This document shows, piece by piece, positions 24,625 to 37,800 of a DNA stretch of 64,000 nucleotides (position 1 is its first letter; every line of letters starts with the position of its first letter). This DNA comes from Rhina ancylostomus (taxonomy: Eukaryota). The stretch is taken from positions 17,899,070 to 17,963,069 of the forward strand of contig JARFYF010000118.1 of assembly GCA_030265395.1 (NCBI GenBank), written 5' to 3'. Made by a program: the position numbers and the translations under genes. The notes beneath the pieces were generated by a model that had not been told where the DNA came from, made no database searches, and worked only from the letters and a program-made list of their open reading frames with translations.

Positions 24625-25177
24625 TATCTTCTACCCAATGGAAGAGGAGAGAAGAGAGAATGACCTGGGTGGGTGGGGTCTTTGATTATGCTGGCTGCTT
24701 CGCCAAGACAACAAGAGGTAAAGACAGAGTCCAAGGAGGGGAGGCTGGTGTCCGTAATGCACTGGGCTGTGTCCAAAACTATCTGCAGTTTCTTGCGGTC
24801 CTGGGCATAGCAGTTGCTATACCAAGCCGTGATGCATCCAGATAGGATGCTTTCTATGGTGCATCGGGAAAAGTTGGTGAGAGTCAAAGGGGACAAACCC
24901 AATTTCTTTAGCTTCCTGAGGAAGTAGAGGCACTGATGAGCTTTCTTGTCCATGGCATCTACGTGATTTGACCAGGACAGGCTGTTGATGACGTTCACTC
25001 CCAGGAACTTGAAGCTCTCAACCCTCTCGACCTCAGCACCATTGATGTAGACAGGTCCATGTGCACCGCCCCCTTTCCTGAAGTCAATGACCAGCTCTTT
25101 TGTTTTGTTGACATTGAGAGAAAGGTTGTTGTCATGACACCATTTCACTAAGCTCTCTACCTCCTTCCTGTACTCCA
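24625..25177 (-). mobile_element. Rex1/Babar-type LINE, RT C-terminal region with open frame (relatively young)
   Basis: About 185 codons without a stop: EYRKEVESLVKWCHDNNLSLNVNKTKELVIDFRK...ESFKFLGV...LYFLRKLKK...CTIESILSGCITAWY...DPTHPGHSLFSPLP. Confidence 0.92.
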
Positions 25178-25179
25178 AC

Positions 25180-26330
25180 ACTGACTGATTGTAAAGTTCA
25201 CTCTGCGCACTTGACTGCCCCGATAACCTTTCATCCCCTTGTTTATCAAGAACCTATCTACACCTGATTTCAAATTATTCTTATACTCTCCTTCCATCTA
25301 CCTTTGAGAAAGAAAGTTCAAAACACTCAGATTTTTTAGCTTCATTTAATACTTAAATAGTCCTTTTTTATAAACAATAACCCTTGCACAGTTCTAAGTT
25401 GTCCTTCAAGAGGAAGCATCTTCTCTACCTCCACCTATCTAGACCCCTCTGGATCTTGTGTATTTCAATCAAGACACCTCTCATTCTTCCATTCACCAGT
25501 GGATACAAGTCTAGCCTTGACAATTTTTTCTCCTATGAAAACAAGGTAATAGTCTGCCAAACCTTTTCTTAATCGCTTTCAATACACCAATTTCCTTCCT
25601 TCACAAGGAGCCGAAAACTATGTGTGACAATGCGCTTTATCACTAAAAAATAACCTCCTTACTTTAGTATTCAGTTCCCCTTAGAATAAAAAAGCATTTT
25701 GTTAGCTTTCCTAATCACTTGCTGTATCTGCTTTTCAGGCTTTTATGAACCATGTACAAGGATACTCAGATCCTCTGCATCTCAAAGTTCTGCAATCTCT
25801 CACCATTTAGATAATATGGTATTTTCCTGCCAAAACGGATAATATCACAATTCATCTCATTGTAGTCCATTTGCCGTATCTTTGAATCAGAATCAGGTTT
25901 AATATCACTGATATATGTCATGAAATATATTGTTTTGTGGCAGCAGTAAAGTGCAAGACACAAAGATATAAAAATTACTATCAGTTACAAAAATAAGTAA
26001 ATAGTGCAAAAGAGGAATAACGAGGCAGTGTTCATGGGTTCATAGACAGTTCAGAAATCTGATGGTGGAGGGGAAGAAGCAGTTCCTGTAAAGTTGAGCT
26101 TACCCACTCAATTAACCTATTTACATCCCTTTTGTTCTTTCACTACTTTCCTAACTCTCACTCTCTCTCATCAGAAAATTTATTACCATATGTTTGCTGT
26201 CTTCATCAAAGTAATTTATATCAATGATTAAAAAAAAATGAGCCCTTCAGCACCAATCCCTGTGACACACCACTCATTGCAAACAGAAAAAGACCCATAT
26301 ATGCCTATTCTTGGTTAGCTGTTAGCCAGT
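25180..26330 (-). mobile_element. Old CR1 LINE with a nested Rex1/Babar 3' end (about 25884-26095)
   Basis: Peptide QMDYNEMNCDIIRFGRK...YYLNGERLQ. The insert begins gaatcagaatcagg and matches 12762-12960. Confidence 0.75.
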
Positions 26331-26861
26331 CAATCTTTTATTCCCTCAAAACAAAGATGTGACTTAATTCGCATGGCTGAACATGCATGGAGTTCAGGTG
26401 TGGATGGATTCCCCCCACCCTGCCCACAGTTTATTTTGTATGCCAGGTGCAGCAATAATAAACTTAGCTCCAGATTTTTCTTGAGCAAGCAATTTTGACA
26501 AATGATAACCATTTGGAAGCAAAATAATGCATTGTTACAATTGAAAAATCCGTATGTGCACACTTTTTACCACACGGTGAAAGTACAGTGGCTGAGAAAT
26601 TCCAGTCAATTGCATCATGCCCATACTTGTCACTGGCCTGAGAAGAGGTTCCCACTGAACATGAATGATTTCCCAGGTGGGAATCTGGCGCTAACAGTCC
26701 TTGCATGCAACCTCATGGATAGTTATAATGTGAATGCCATCATGTGATATTGAAGTAGGGAACTAAACAAAATTAGGTTTAGCCATTAAATGAGTTAAAA
26801 GTGTGGCAGTTGGATAAGCTGTGCCTGCAGCCTTTTAATGTTCCTGATACAAAGAAAGAAT

Positions 26862-27376
26862 TCACAAACTATTCCAAACTGAGTGGACAGCTAGCGCCTC
26901 TTTCCCAGGGCACCAATGCTCAATACAAGAGGGTGTGGCTTTAAGGTAATGGGTGGGAAGTTCAAGGGAGATATCAGAGGAAGGTTTTTTACCCAGTGAG
27001 TGGTTGGGGCATGGAATGCGCTGCCTTGGGCAGTGAAGGAGGCAGGTACATTGGTCAAATTGAAGGGATTGGCATATGGAAGAATTTAAAATAGAGTGAT
27101 GTGGGGAGGANNNNNNNNNNNNNNNNNNNNNNNNNNNNNNNNNNNNNNNNNNNNNNNNNNNNNNNNNNNNNNNNNNNNNNNNNNNNNNNNNNNNNNNNNN
27201 NNNNNNNNNNAAGGAGGCAGGTACATTGGTCAAATTGAAGGGATGGGCATATGGAAGAATTTAAAATAGAGTGAGGTGGGGAGGAAGGGGTTAGATAGTC
27301 TTAGGCGAGGTTTAAAGGTCAGCACAACATTGTGGGCCAAAGAGCCTTTATTTTGCTTTACTGTTCTATGTTCTTG
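26862..27376 (+). mobile_element. CR1 LINE 3' end spanning an assembly gap
   Basis: gatatcagaggaaggttttttacccag...tggaatgcgctgcc (FF...WNALP) and the tail ctgttctatgttct. Confidence 0.85.
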
Positions 27377-28299
27377 AAATTTAAATAGCTGGAAACACTG
27401 GATCATCTGGTTTGCCAGGATTTGTGCATTTTGTGAGAGGTGGAGGTGGCCCTTGTGGAAATTCAAGACCACATTTCACAGGTTTCCTCATAAAATCCCT
27501 CTTTAAACAAATGCAGGTAGAGACCTAATTATTTGCATCACAGGAAATGTAATCATCTTCTGCACTTGGCTCATTTATACCATTTCATAAATTGGGCTTC
27601 ATGACACATTTTATGTATTGTTCAGCTTAACTAGGCAGTGTCATTTTTGGAATTATCTGACAGCCGAGTTAGTTGCTTGAATGGATTCTGTCAGAGTTGC
27701 CCTTCCCTGTGGATACAAGGATCTGCATACAGCAGCTCATTAACGTTGCAGCTACCTGACCCCCGAGCACATTTTGAAGCTGAGTTGTTGGAAGGCAGGA
27801 AATAAAGAGCAGAAACCTTAGTAATAAGATGCTTAATTTATTCTTCTTTCAAGATCATAGACTTCTCCAGCTGGAGAAATAAAATGGGAAGGGCTTCATT
27901 TGTTGTCTTCTGCCATTAGTGTTTCTGAGTGTGCAAGATGCTATCATATCTTTTCATGACTGATAAAATTAATCCATCATACAGAAAGATAATTATGGAC
28001 TTGATACTTTAAGTTACATGCAGCAGAACTTGGAGGAAGAGAATTTGCTTTTTTGTCATACGGATGTAAATTCTCGACCTTAGAGAACTGTTAGAGCTTA
28101 GTTGTTGACTATGACGTTATTAAAGTCTGTTGAGGGTGTTATGTCCATTGCTGAAAGATTTTATCTTGAATTCAAGTTTCTTCATGAATGACACAATCTG
28201 AGGCATGGCTGAATTTGGCAATATTCCCCTTGGAGTGCACTGTGACTGGAAGGATAAGCAAAGGGCACACAAATTACTCTGAAGGAGAGAGGGAGGAGA

Positions 28300-29020
28300 A
28301 GGGCACTTAGGAGCAGATCCATCCTGATTCTTCAGGGACCTCTAATCCTACCTCAACCTCTGCAAGGAATAGTTTATAAACAGCTGCTCCACAGTTAAGA
28401 CACACTCATTGAAATGGGCTACATGCTACAGCCATTATTGCATCCTCAGGATAGGGCGAGTGCTGTTTTAGCTTTGGATGCTAAAGTCACTGTGGCTGTG
28501 AACTTTTATGTGTCAGTCTTCTTTCACGATAGTTTTGGAGATATTTGCAATGTACATTTTATGTAGAGTTGAAATGAGCATATGGCTGCATAAGAATTGT
28601 GGGCTTTGGCCTGGTGCAGGGAGCGACTGACTGCATTCATGCTAATTTCTGTGCATCACCAGCCACCTCAGAGATCTAACACACGAGAAAGGAATACACT
28701 CCTCCAGCATCCATCTGGGTGTGACCTGACACAATTCACAATACAGGCTAAGTTTAGTATCCCAATAACAGTAGTCATGGCATTTTCAATCTGCTGTAGT
28801 TCATTGTGTTTTTTATTGCACCAGTTGCCTTTTGAGTCACCTGAACAAACCTGAAGACATATCGGTGCAATGTTACCAGGATGCAAACCCTTAGATTATT
28901 GCCTTCCGCAACTGTGATGTACGCTTATAAGAGGGAACTTCTGACCTTGCACCACAGCAGCAAGGTGTTGGGTGGCAGCTGAGATGAGGCCATCAGTCAC
29001 TGGTTGATCCTGGATTCCTT
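28300..29020 (+). mobile_element. PIF/Harbinger transposase (HARBI1-like, DDE_Tnp_4) fossil
   Basis: 28471 translates ALDAKVTVAVNFYVSVFFHDSFGDICNV (similar to VKVTVALNFYASGSFQ..GDICGI). 28596 translates IVGFGLVQGATDCIHA (similar to IAGFP.VQGAIDCTH). Degraded RKG.HS, PG and GWLLGD-like motifs follow in order. Confidence 0.75.
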
Positions 29021-29559
29021 TCAGTCAGGCCTTCCAATGCAACAAGTGTACCCAGCAGCTGCTTACTGTACACTGCTGCACTGAAGTGTGCATTTCAGTG
29101 CTCTGCAGCAGAACATATGTAGCCTCACCCAATGGTAAGTTAGTACCAACATTGTCCTCTTTCCACCTCTTCTGGCTGCAAGCTAGTTGTACCCAATGAC
29201 TTGCTTTGTATCAAAACCATCCTCTAAGTTGTTATGTCAGGAGCTAAAGACGTGGCACCTATATGGGTCATTTAAATCGAATGGTGGCATGTCCTATGTG
29301 TTTTCAGTTTCATTCTACTACTACCATCTAGCCAGGTTGTAAATCACTGTTATCTAAAATGTGAAGGAGATCAGTGTAAGATTGTTTTAAGTAGATGAGG
29401 GAAAGAGAGAGTTCTGTGCCCATGTCATTTTCTGCTTGTAAATCAGAAGACTGCAGTGGGATGAGAGGTGTGTAGGTTGTGATAAAGATAGTTAAATATG
29501 AGGATACCACCTTTTCATCTGGTTTCTGCCAGCTTCCGGTCCCAGGCTGCATATTGCCA

Positions 29560-30100
29560 GCTCTAATGATGGTCATTAGTGGACGTTCCTCTCCCCTATT
29601 ACTGCTGCCTCCAGTTAAGCGCCATCTTTTGCAGCAAAAGAGAGAAATTTGTCAGTGAGTATTGGGCAAGTGTGATGGACGCATCATAGCTGCACATTTG
29701 ATAATGTATGCAAGCTGTACAATGTGGTTCTGAGACTAACAACAGTGTTAAGACTGTGCAGATGTTATGTAGCACATTAATGCTTGTGATAAATATTAAT
29801 TGATGGTGATTGTTGGTGGGCAGTTGTCAAGGTGCAATGCATTGAGATGGTGTTGGTTGGGAAGGTGGATTCACTTTCCAAATGGTTGAGCCCATTGTGA
29901 TATACCTAGTGAGTCCTTGGGCTTGGGTTCTTCACACCTGTTTCATCCCACTGCCTTCCAAGGAAGTGTTTCCTTAGCCTTGCCCCAGCAAATTAATCAC
30001 ATCTCTAATGCTTTCCACCTTCTGCACCAAGACCTCCTGTCTGACACTGTAAATTTGTGAAGTTGTATTGCCATTCTTCAGTGTACCCCAGCTCAGAAAT
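29560..30100 (-). mobile_element. Harbinger Myb/SANT-like second ORF fossil
   Basis: Minus-strand IYSVRQEVLVQKVESIRDVI (similar to FS...LEVLV..V..RRDVL) and KMALNWRQQ**GRG (similar to K.AHN.RE...TGGG), convergent with the transposase. Confidence 0.5.
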
Positions 30101-33100
30101 GAGCTCCAGGTCATCTGCCTGAACCTACTGGAGCCACGATGCACCTTTGTACCCCTCCCTTTGAGGTATGCTTTGGCGCTCATCATTCATGGAATTGAGC
30201 CCTTGTTGTGATGAAAAACCATTGAACAGGATGCTGATCCCTGGCTGCACATTAATGTCTAAGAGGAGAAGGCAGCACAAATGTAGTGTTTGACTGCAAA
30301 GGTGTCTCCCTTTTCACCACACAAGCCTCTTGAATACACAGCCAAGGAATGTTAATTACTCATTACAAACAGCTCTTGCAAGTCACGTTTGCTGTTCAAA
30401 TATGATTGTGAGAACATCATGAATAAACGTCTGATTCCAGTACACAGCAAACGGTGGACTCAGCAAGAGTACAAAATCACACTTTCATCATTTGTGTATC
30501 TGTCAGATAAAATGACTGAAAGTTGGCTTTAATATTATATGGTTAAACAACACCAAATGTTTCTGATGCCTTGGGCGTACTTCACTATTTCAAAGCACTT
30601 AGTCTTTATACTGAAGCAATTGAGATTTGCAATCAGCTCCTTGCTCACCACAGCCAAAGATTCAGATGGCATTAACCGGGAAATGAAGAGTTAGAAGGCT
30701 GAGATTTTTTTGAATGAGAAGTAATGGAGTTGTGGAGCAAGAAATTGCGAAAAATGAGTAGTATAAATAGGCCGAAGTAGTATGTCTCTGGAAAGTGATA
30801 GGATTGAGATATAAGGTGAAAATAAACCAAAACAATTAGATGATCAATATAAAATGGTCTACTTGGACCTAATGACTCAGTCTGGTCCTATAAACTTTTC
30901 TATCAGTCTAGATCAGGTGACATAGTCTAAACACTGCCCCGTGGACAAACCTTCAGACCAATTTGTCAGATTTGTGCTGTGCTGTAGCTTGACAACTTCT
31001 CAGCAGGCAGGTTACACGGACTCCTTTTCCATGGGGAAATACTTGTCATGGCTTCTGGATTAGTAGCCATACAACAAGTTTTGTATCTTAACGAGTTTAC
31101 ATAGAAGACATAAGATGGACTTCGTTAAAATTTTCTTGAAAATGAAAGCAACAGCCAAAGCATTTTAACAATTCTGAAGGCCCTATAGATGGACTCCAGT
31201 GGTCTTTTCTGATCTTGTGCGGTGCCAAGTGCATGCATTCATTCAGAAATGCTGTTTAACATTCCATTGCTAGGATGATAAGAGATTTTCTTCAATAAGG
31301 AGCAATGGTATTGAAAATACATATGTACTGATAATCTTCTGCCCAGGACCCTTCATTATGCTAGGGTCTAGCCTCAAGCTGGATTTTCCTGAGCCCTTTC
31401 TAGGTGTGTAAACTCCCACCTCCAGACAAGGCTTCTGGCCCAGAAGTAAGTGGATCTGAGAGCAGGAACTGAGAGGTGAAACACAAAGGAGCCCAGTAAA
31501 TTAACAAGTCCTAACCAGTTTGAATACAGTGAAGTCTTCTCTGAAGAAAAACCAGTAACTACCTCTCCCCAGGCCTGGCAGCAAGACACCATTAGCTGCC
31601 TAGAGCAAAGGGCAGGTGACCTCGTGGCATGGAGGTCTCAACCTGGTGTTAAAATGAAATGATATGTTTTTGATCATGCAAACTTTGATAAAAATCCTGG
31701 ATAAGTGAAGTTGGACAGGCTTCCTGCCAATCCTGGCATTTGATTTTTACTTCCCTTTGGCAATCTTCACAAATTTGTAATTGGGACTGGAAAAAAAGTC
31801 ACACACTGTCACAGATGTACAAATTGGTCATTAAATTATGGGGAGGAAAATCTATCTCAGGGATTGTGAATTTTTGTGAAGCTTGATAATTCTGAAAATA
31901 GCATCTCACCCTTCACTTTTCTGTGATATTCATAATGTTGCTGAATTAATTGTCTGTTACACTTGCCACCAACAATTCAGTTTAGTGATTAATTGCACAG
32001 GTACCCTTTTATCCATGTAATAGTTATTGATGACTGCCAATTAACCTTTCTTGTACAGGTAGTTAACATTTAAATGTATGAGCAATTTGTTTTCAGGTCT
32101 TGTATCCCAAATTTTAAATAGATATGTGTTTTCCTTTGTCTTTTTTCCTTAAGTCTAATCTTTCTTTATATTTCTCCTTCTGTATCTGATTTAACATTTG
32201 ATTTACTCTGTGCAGTTCAATCCATTTCTCAGTCTTTTTTTAACCTTCTGATTTCTTTGACCGTACATTGAGACTTCAAATGCTCTGATGCCCTGAGCCA
32301 TTTCAAGTTTGCACTTTCAAGAAATTTGTGGGTTAATAATTATAAAACCAGAAGCTGTATGGACAAGCACATGCTGAGATGCCACACTCGAGCAAAATCA
32401 GTATCATTCTGAGATTATTAACCAACTCAATATGTTAAATGTATGCATTTTCTTTCTGCAATTTTTAACTACCACGGTGGATAATTCGTTGATGATGTTT
32501 CAGAACAAAATATGCTTAATCAATACTGTGAATGAGCTGAAGAGATTAATGACATTCTAATGTTTTACCTGGCAGTTTTTAAGTAATTGGTGATCGCTTG
32601 TTATTCGGTGAATTTTCTTGCAGAAGATAAAATTATCTAGGGTACATGCTTGATTGGTTATTATTTGCATTCTCTCCAGAAGAAAAAAAATATGTATTTG
32701 CAGGGTTCCTTCCTACATTTCCTCAAAGTACTTCATTAGGCAATGAAGTATTCTTTGATATGTAGTCACTCTGATGGGGAGAAGTGAGAAAGGAAATTTG
32801 CACAAACTCTCACGAACAGGATGTCACAAACTGCGATGGTTTGTATAGTAATATAGTCAGGGAGTTAAATAATAACCACCTTCAATTCGTGCCTTTTGTC
32901 ATATCCATTTGAGGAACGTAACAGGACCCTGAATTTATACATCGTTCAAGAGCAAACACCTCCAACATTGCAATAGTAAACCAATTTACCAGCCAGCTTT
33001 ATCTGCTGAAGGTTTGATCTTGCATCCTTTTGTCTCAACATTTTGATAGAGTCCCTGAGTTAGGCAGAAACTTGAAAAGCTCAGGTAAAGCCATGGATCA

Positions 33101-33129
33101 GTTAATGGAACCTTCACCTCTAAGATTAA

Positions 33130-33490
33130 AGATTGTGGAATGAAGTCTCACTCTGGAGAATTACTTAGGCTGTCAGTTCAGTACATTATTTACAGGAGTG
33201 CAACACTGCCTGAAGTGCTGCCTTCCATTTGTGATAGTAAACTAAGAAAACATATCTCCATTTGGTTGGAAGTAAAATATGCAACTCTGAAGAAATGTAA
33301 GAGCTTTCACTTTGGTATCCAGGTCTGCAACTAATTTAAGTAAATCAGATTAACTGTTCAGTATCACATTCCTCTTTGTGAAAGTTTGCATTACGCAATT
33401 TGGCTGCACGTTTTCAATGCCACACTTGAGTAATATATCCTTGGCTGTAAAGTGGCCATCTGGAGGTTATGAAAGACACCATATAAATGC
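33130..33490 (+). mobile_element. Decayed Deu-domain SINE
   Basis: taggctgtcagttcagtac...ggagtgcaacactgcctgaagtgctgcc head and Deu-like body. Parallels the copy at 63340. Confidence 0.5.
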
Positions 33491-34674
33491 AAATTGCTTC
33501 ATCAGAGTTTTCGTGTGACTTGGCAGAATCTGTAAACAAAAGATTCCAAAACATCTTTGACATCGTGCTCCATGTCCCAGACAGATTGATCACACACCTG
33601 TACCACAACTGTGCTCCTTCCCTTGCTTTCTGTCTGTGGGAACTGCATGGATTGAATCTTAAGTTTAAATTTTAGGTAGATGTTAAAAGTATTGAAACAA
33701 AAATTTATAGTGTTACCTTGTGGTTAGATGGCAGCCCAACTGATGAGAGGCTAGCTGGGATCATACAACCTCTCCACCTGAATTCAACAAAGGAAAGTTG
33801 AGCACTACAAATCTACTCCTTTGTTACCACTCATCTAAATTCTTTTAATTGTATGTTTGGATGTGCCAGTTAGGACATGCAGCTCCTTAAAACAAAAGTT
33901 TGCAGTTTTATTAAGTTGCATTTGAAGACTAGATGTTTAAACTGTTTAAAGCCTGTCAGTCATTTATTTATTTTGAACATGCATTTAAGATAGCAGAATT
34001 CAACATTTCTTCAGTGAACCAGAAAGGGAATCATATATTCTTTTAGGATTAAGGAAGGTGAAAGGAAAATAGTCATTATTTTCTCAGGAGGTAAAAGAAG
34101 ATTGCAGCTGAGTATGTTGCATGTGGACAGTGTAGATTTGATGGATCACATCTTCTCCCATGCCCTTTCATTATGTGCATCTCACTGCTGGTAATGACAG
34201 ATTATTATTTTCTTCTCAAAATATTTTTTTAAGTGTAATGTGTGCAAAATAATTACACAGCTTTTTGAAGCTCTAGGTGGCATTGGACCAATTAGTTTAA
34301 CAAAACCATTAATATGCATTATAAATGTGTAATACTGCAAATGAGAAATGGCCATACTCATTGAGTAAGTTATTGTGTAAAGTAAGGGCCTTGTGTTAGT
34401 AGAACTGCTTATTGTTAAAGTTAATGGAATAAATGTAAACCTTCCAGTAGTAAGACATGAGTGGCTTTTTCACTATTTTTATACATTGGAACTTGAATGA
34501 TCCTTGGTAGTAGCTGACTACATTGGGGATTTTGCTTAAATTGTAATAAAGATTGTTTAGCAATTCTCTTTTGTTATATTTGGATTTTATGTAAAACCTT
34601 TGTGAATAATGTTGATCTGATGATTAAAGCTCAGTTTACATTTTCTTTGTAACATTTTTTTTCTCTCTTACTAG

Positions 34675-34846
34675 GGCATCTCTGTGGAGTTCTTGTGTTG
34701 TTCTCCCACTTTTAGCTCTGACTTGGATGTCTGCTGTCTTGGCCATCACAGATCGAAGATCAGCCCTCTTTCAAATCCTCTTTGCTGTCTTTGACTCTTT
34801 GGAAGGCTTTGTCATTGTAATGGTCCACTGCATTTTGAGAAGAGAG
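34675..34846 (+). CDS. ADGRB1: ADGRB1 coding exon, TM6-TM7
   Basis: ctcttactag|GGCATCT...AGAGAG|gtatgt. Translates [57 protein letters not shown]. 172 nt, phase 2 to 0. Confidence 0.97.
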
Positions 34847-37800
34847 GTATGTCACATGGAAATACATGTGAAATTAAGGGGCCGGGGATAAAGGATTTGT
34901 CAGGTTCGAGGAATGAAGTTTACAGGAGGGAAAATGCTGCAGAGATCTGTTTTCATATATCTGGAAAGGGAATAAAAATGGGGCAAAACAATTAATGTCA
35001 AAACTGTGTTCAGTTTGCATGTATTTCCTCTTAATTCTGGTTGTCATTATCTGTTTTATGTACGTCAGAAATATAGAAACAGATCAAAAATTCCTGCCAG
35101 TGATTATGATGGTAATCATGGATTTTGATGTTATGCTTTTAATACTCAGGAGGTTTATAACATTTAAACTGAATAATTTGAGGGAAGCTGGTCACTTGAT
35201 TCAAAATAAAAATATATTCAGCACAGAAAAGGTTATTTCATTCCAGGGTGTGTGGGGTACTGATAATACTGTTCTTGTGTGAACACTCAGTTGAACAAGT
35301 TTTAAGTGCTGCTTGATCAAATCTGCTGCATGACTTTGACAGTCTGCATCATTCTGAAGCACTTTCTAGAAATTCACTCCCATTGACTGGAACTTAAACA
35401 TGCTATATAGTAGCATCAGTAAATTGTACTCTGCCTCCAAAATTCATTTGATTTAGCACACAGAATATGTAGCTATATCATGAATATGAAGCTTGTTTAG
35501 TGCCAGCATCTGAGAATGGATTTCTAAGGATTTTATTTTATTTATCAGTCCCACTTCTTGATAAGTGCTGCCACCAAAGATAAGTTAAGCAACAATGCTT
35601 GGAGCTAGAAAGGAGGAGATTAATTAAAATATTCTAAGTTATGTTAAATTCAAAGTATTTAAAATATACTGTATAGATAAAGGCAAATGGAGATGAGAAA
35701 ATTGTAGTGAATGGGAAAATTATGAGAAGTGAATTGTTTCAAATGTTTTGTACATTTAAAATCTTTTATAATTTCATTTGCATTAATTTGATATCACGAT
35801 AATAATATGATATTACAATAATTTAATTATGTCTATCAAAGGATAGCTTTTTTATAATATTTGTGTATGTCTGTGTATTGAGTGTGTGTCTGGGTGTGTG
35901 CAAGCGTGGTTACATTTATCTGCATGTGTCTAAATTGAAAAAGTTCTTCAAAAAAATCCATATTATTTGGGGGTGTTGGCAGTCTGTTAATTAATACCTC
36001 CTCTGAGTGCTCCAGAATAATATATATATATAAATTTGGACCAACATTATAAGACTGAATAATATATGCAATAAGTAATTCAAGAGCAATTTAGTTTCCT
36101 AATTTATTTGTGAGAATCTGGACCTGCCACCCGCATGCAATGTTTGGCCTGAATAGCACAGACACATTTAAGAAGAAACTAAATAAGTACCTGAAAGCAT
36201 AAAGTAAGGAGGGATATATTGATAGTGTGGAATGAAATAAGTAGGTGAGTTGTGTGGAACATAAATGTTAGCATTGAGCCAAATGGCCTGTCTACATATT
36301 CTGTGTACAACATATTGGTATCATGCATCAATAAATGTGATGTGACAGCTTTAAATTTAGTGAATGTGCTGTTGTAACTGGGAAGGTGAGCTGGTGTCAA
36401 TGTACATTTGTGAAAGAGTTAGAAAAACCAACTGTTTTATTGTGAGACTTGTTAAGTGATTGCATTTCCTCCCTTATTATAGTATCTCTTAGTATAAACC
36501 CAGGATAGATCTCAGTCTGAATACAACAGCTGGTAGTATGATGATATAAATAATGCTGGGGTCTATAAGTGGACAAATTATTGATATTCTTGATTAGATG
36601 ATGATCTCAGTTTTGTATCTATGTTGGGAAATTTAAGCTGTGGTATTTCCAATGCATAAAATCCTTGCAGGGGGTAAAATATGTTGCATAAATTATATTC
36701 CTCATTTGTTTGAAATTAAAAGCAGGAAATTGAAATGAAGTAATTTTGAAAGGTTTAATTACATTTGGACTAGTGTCATTTGAATAACAATTTGAATACA
36801 AGTGAATCCAATTGCTGGTAGCAAACATTAAGATCAAAACTTCAGTAAGGATAAATGGTGTTCATGTGAGGAAGGGGATTTATAAAGATTTGAAATAGAA
36901 ATATTTTCTTGAACCTTTTGGATATTAAGAGTCCTTTGTGGATTTTGATGCATGTTTCTTTCCATCACATAGCATTTATAGAATTGATGCTCTGTACCTT
37001 TCCTATTCTGAATATTACAAAATAGTAAGAACAATACAATTTTGCTTATTTCTATGAATAAATGAATTACTTGAAATCTAATAGCAACTTTTGTTTTATT
37101 TTGAACACAATTGTTATCTTTGATATTTAGAGAGTTAGTATATGGGGTTAAGATTGGGAAGACTGTACCCAGTAGGCTCAATTCCTATCACAAATTCTGT
37201 ACCCTTCTTAGGCTAAGCCATTCTGTTTGCAACCAAATTATCCTATTCAACCTCAGCCACCATTCTCCATATCTGTAATTTTGCCCAAATTGTACTCCAA
37301 ATCCTTGTCCTTGTTGACCTTGTACCATTGCTCTTCACTGAGCTTCCAGTGGCAGAACTTGTAACCAAGAGGGAGAAACTCGATAAGGAGGAAGAACTTA
37401 CAGACTGACACATTTGATGAATGGATTTTACAATGACTAAATGATAAGTTTATGAAGAACATTTGAACTTAAACCAAGGTTAGAGGAGAAGAACAGAGAT
37501 AGAATAGTGAAGGGGAAAGGAAGAGAGAGAAGCCCTCCCTCAAATCCTCCACGGCTCAACCTCCCTCTCTTCCTTAAGACCTATCTTAAAATCTACATCA
37601 AGCTTCAGTTGGCCTTTCCAAGTGCCTTCTCTTTGCTTCGGTGTCTGTTGAGTAGTAACATATATCTGCCTTCCTTTGTTACCATTGTGTAGTGTGTAAA
37701 GTCAATCACAGAGAACAATGTTTTGGGGTAGCATTTATATAAAGGAATTGAGATAATGCTCTCAAAGGTTATATTGGCCATTTTTTCACGTGGAATGAAA

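Noticed and set aside
27036-27285. 75-bp direct repeat on both sides of the 27111-27210 gap
   Set aside because: Near-identical flanks (2 mismatches) inside one CR1 3' end indicate unmerged overlapping contig ends, not a biological repeat.
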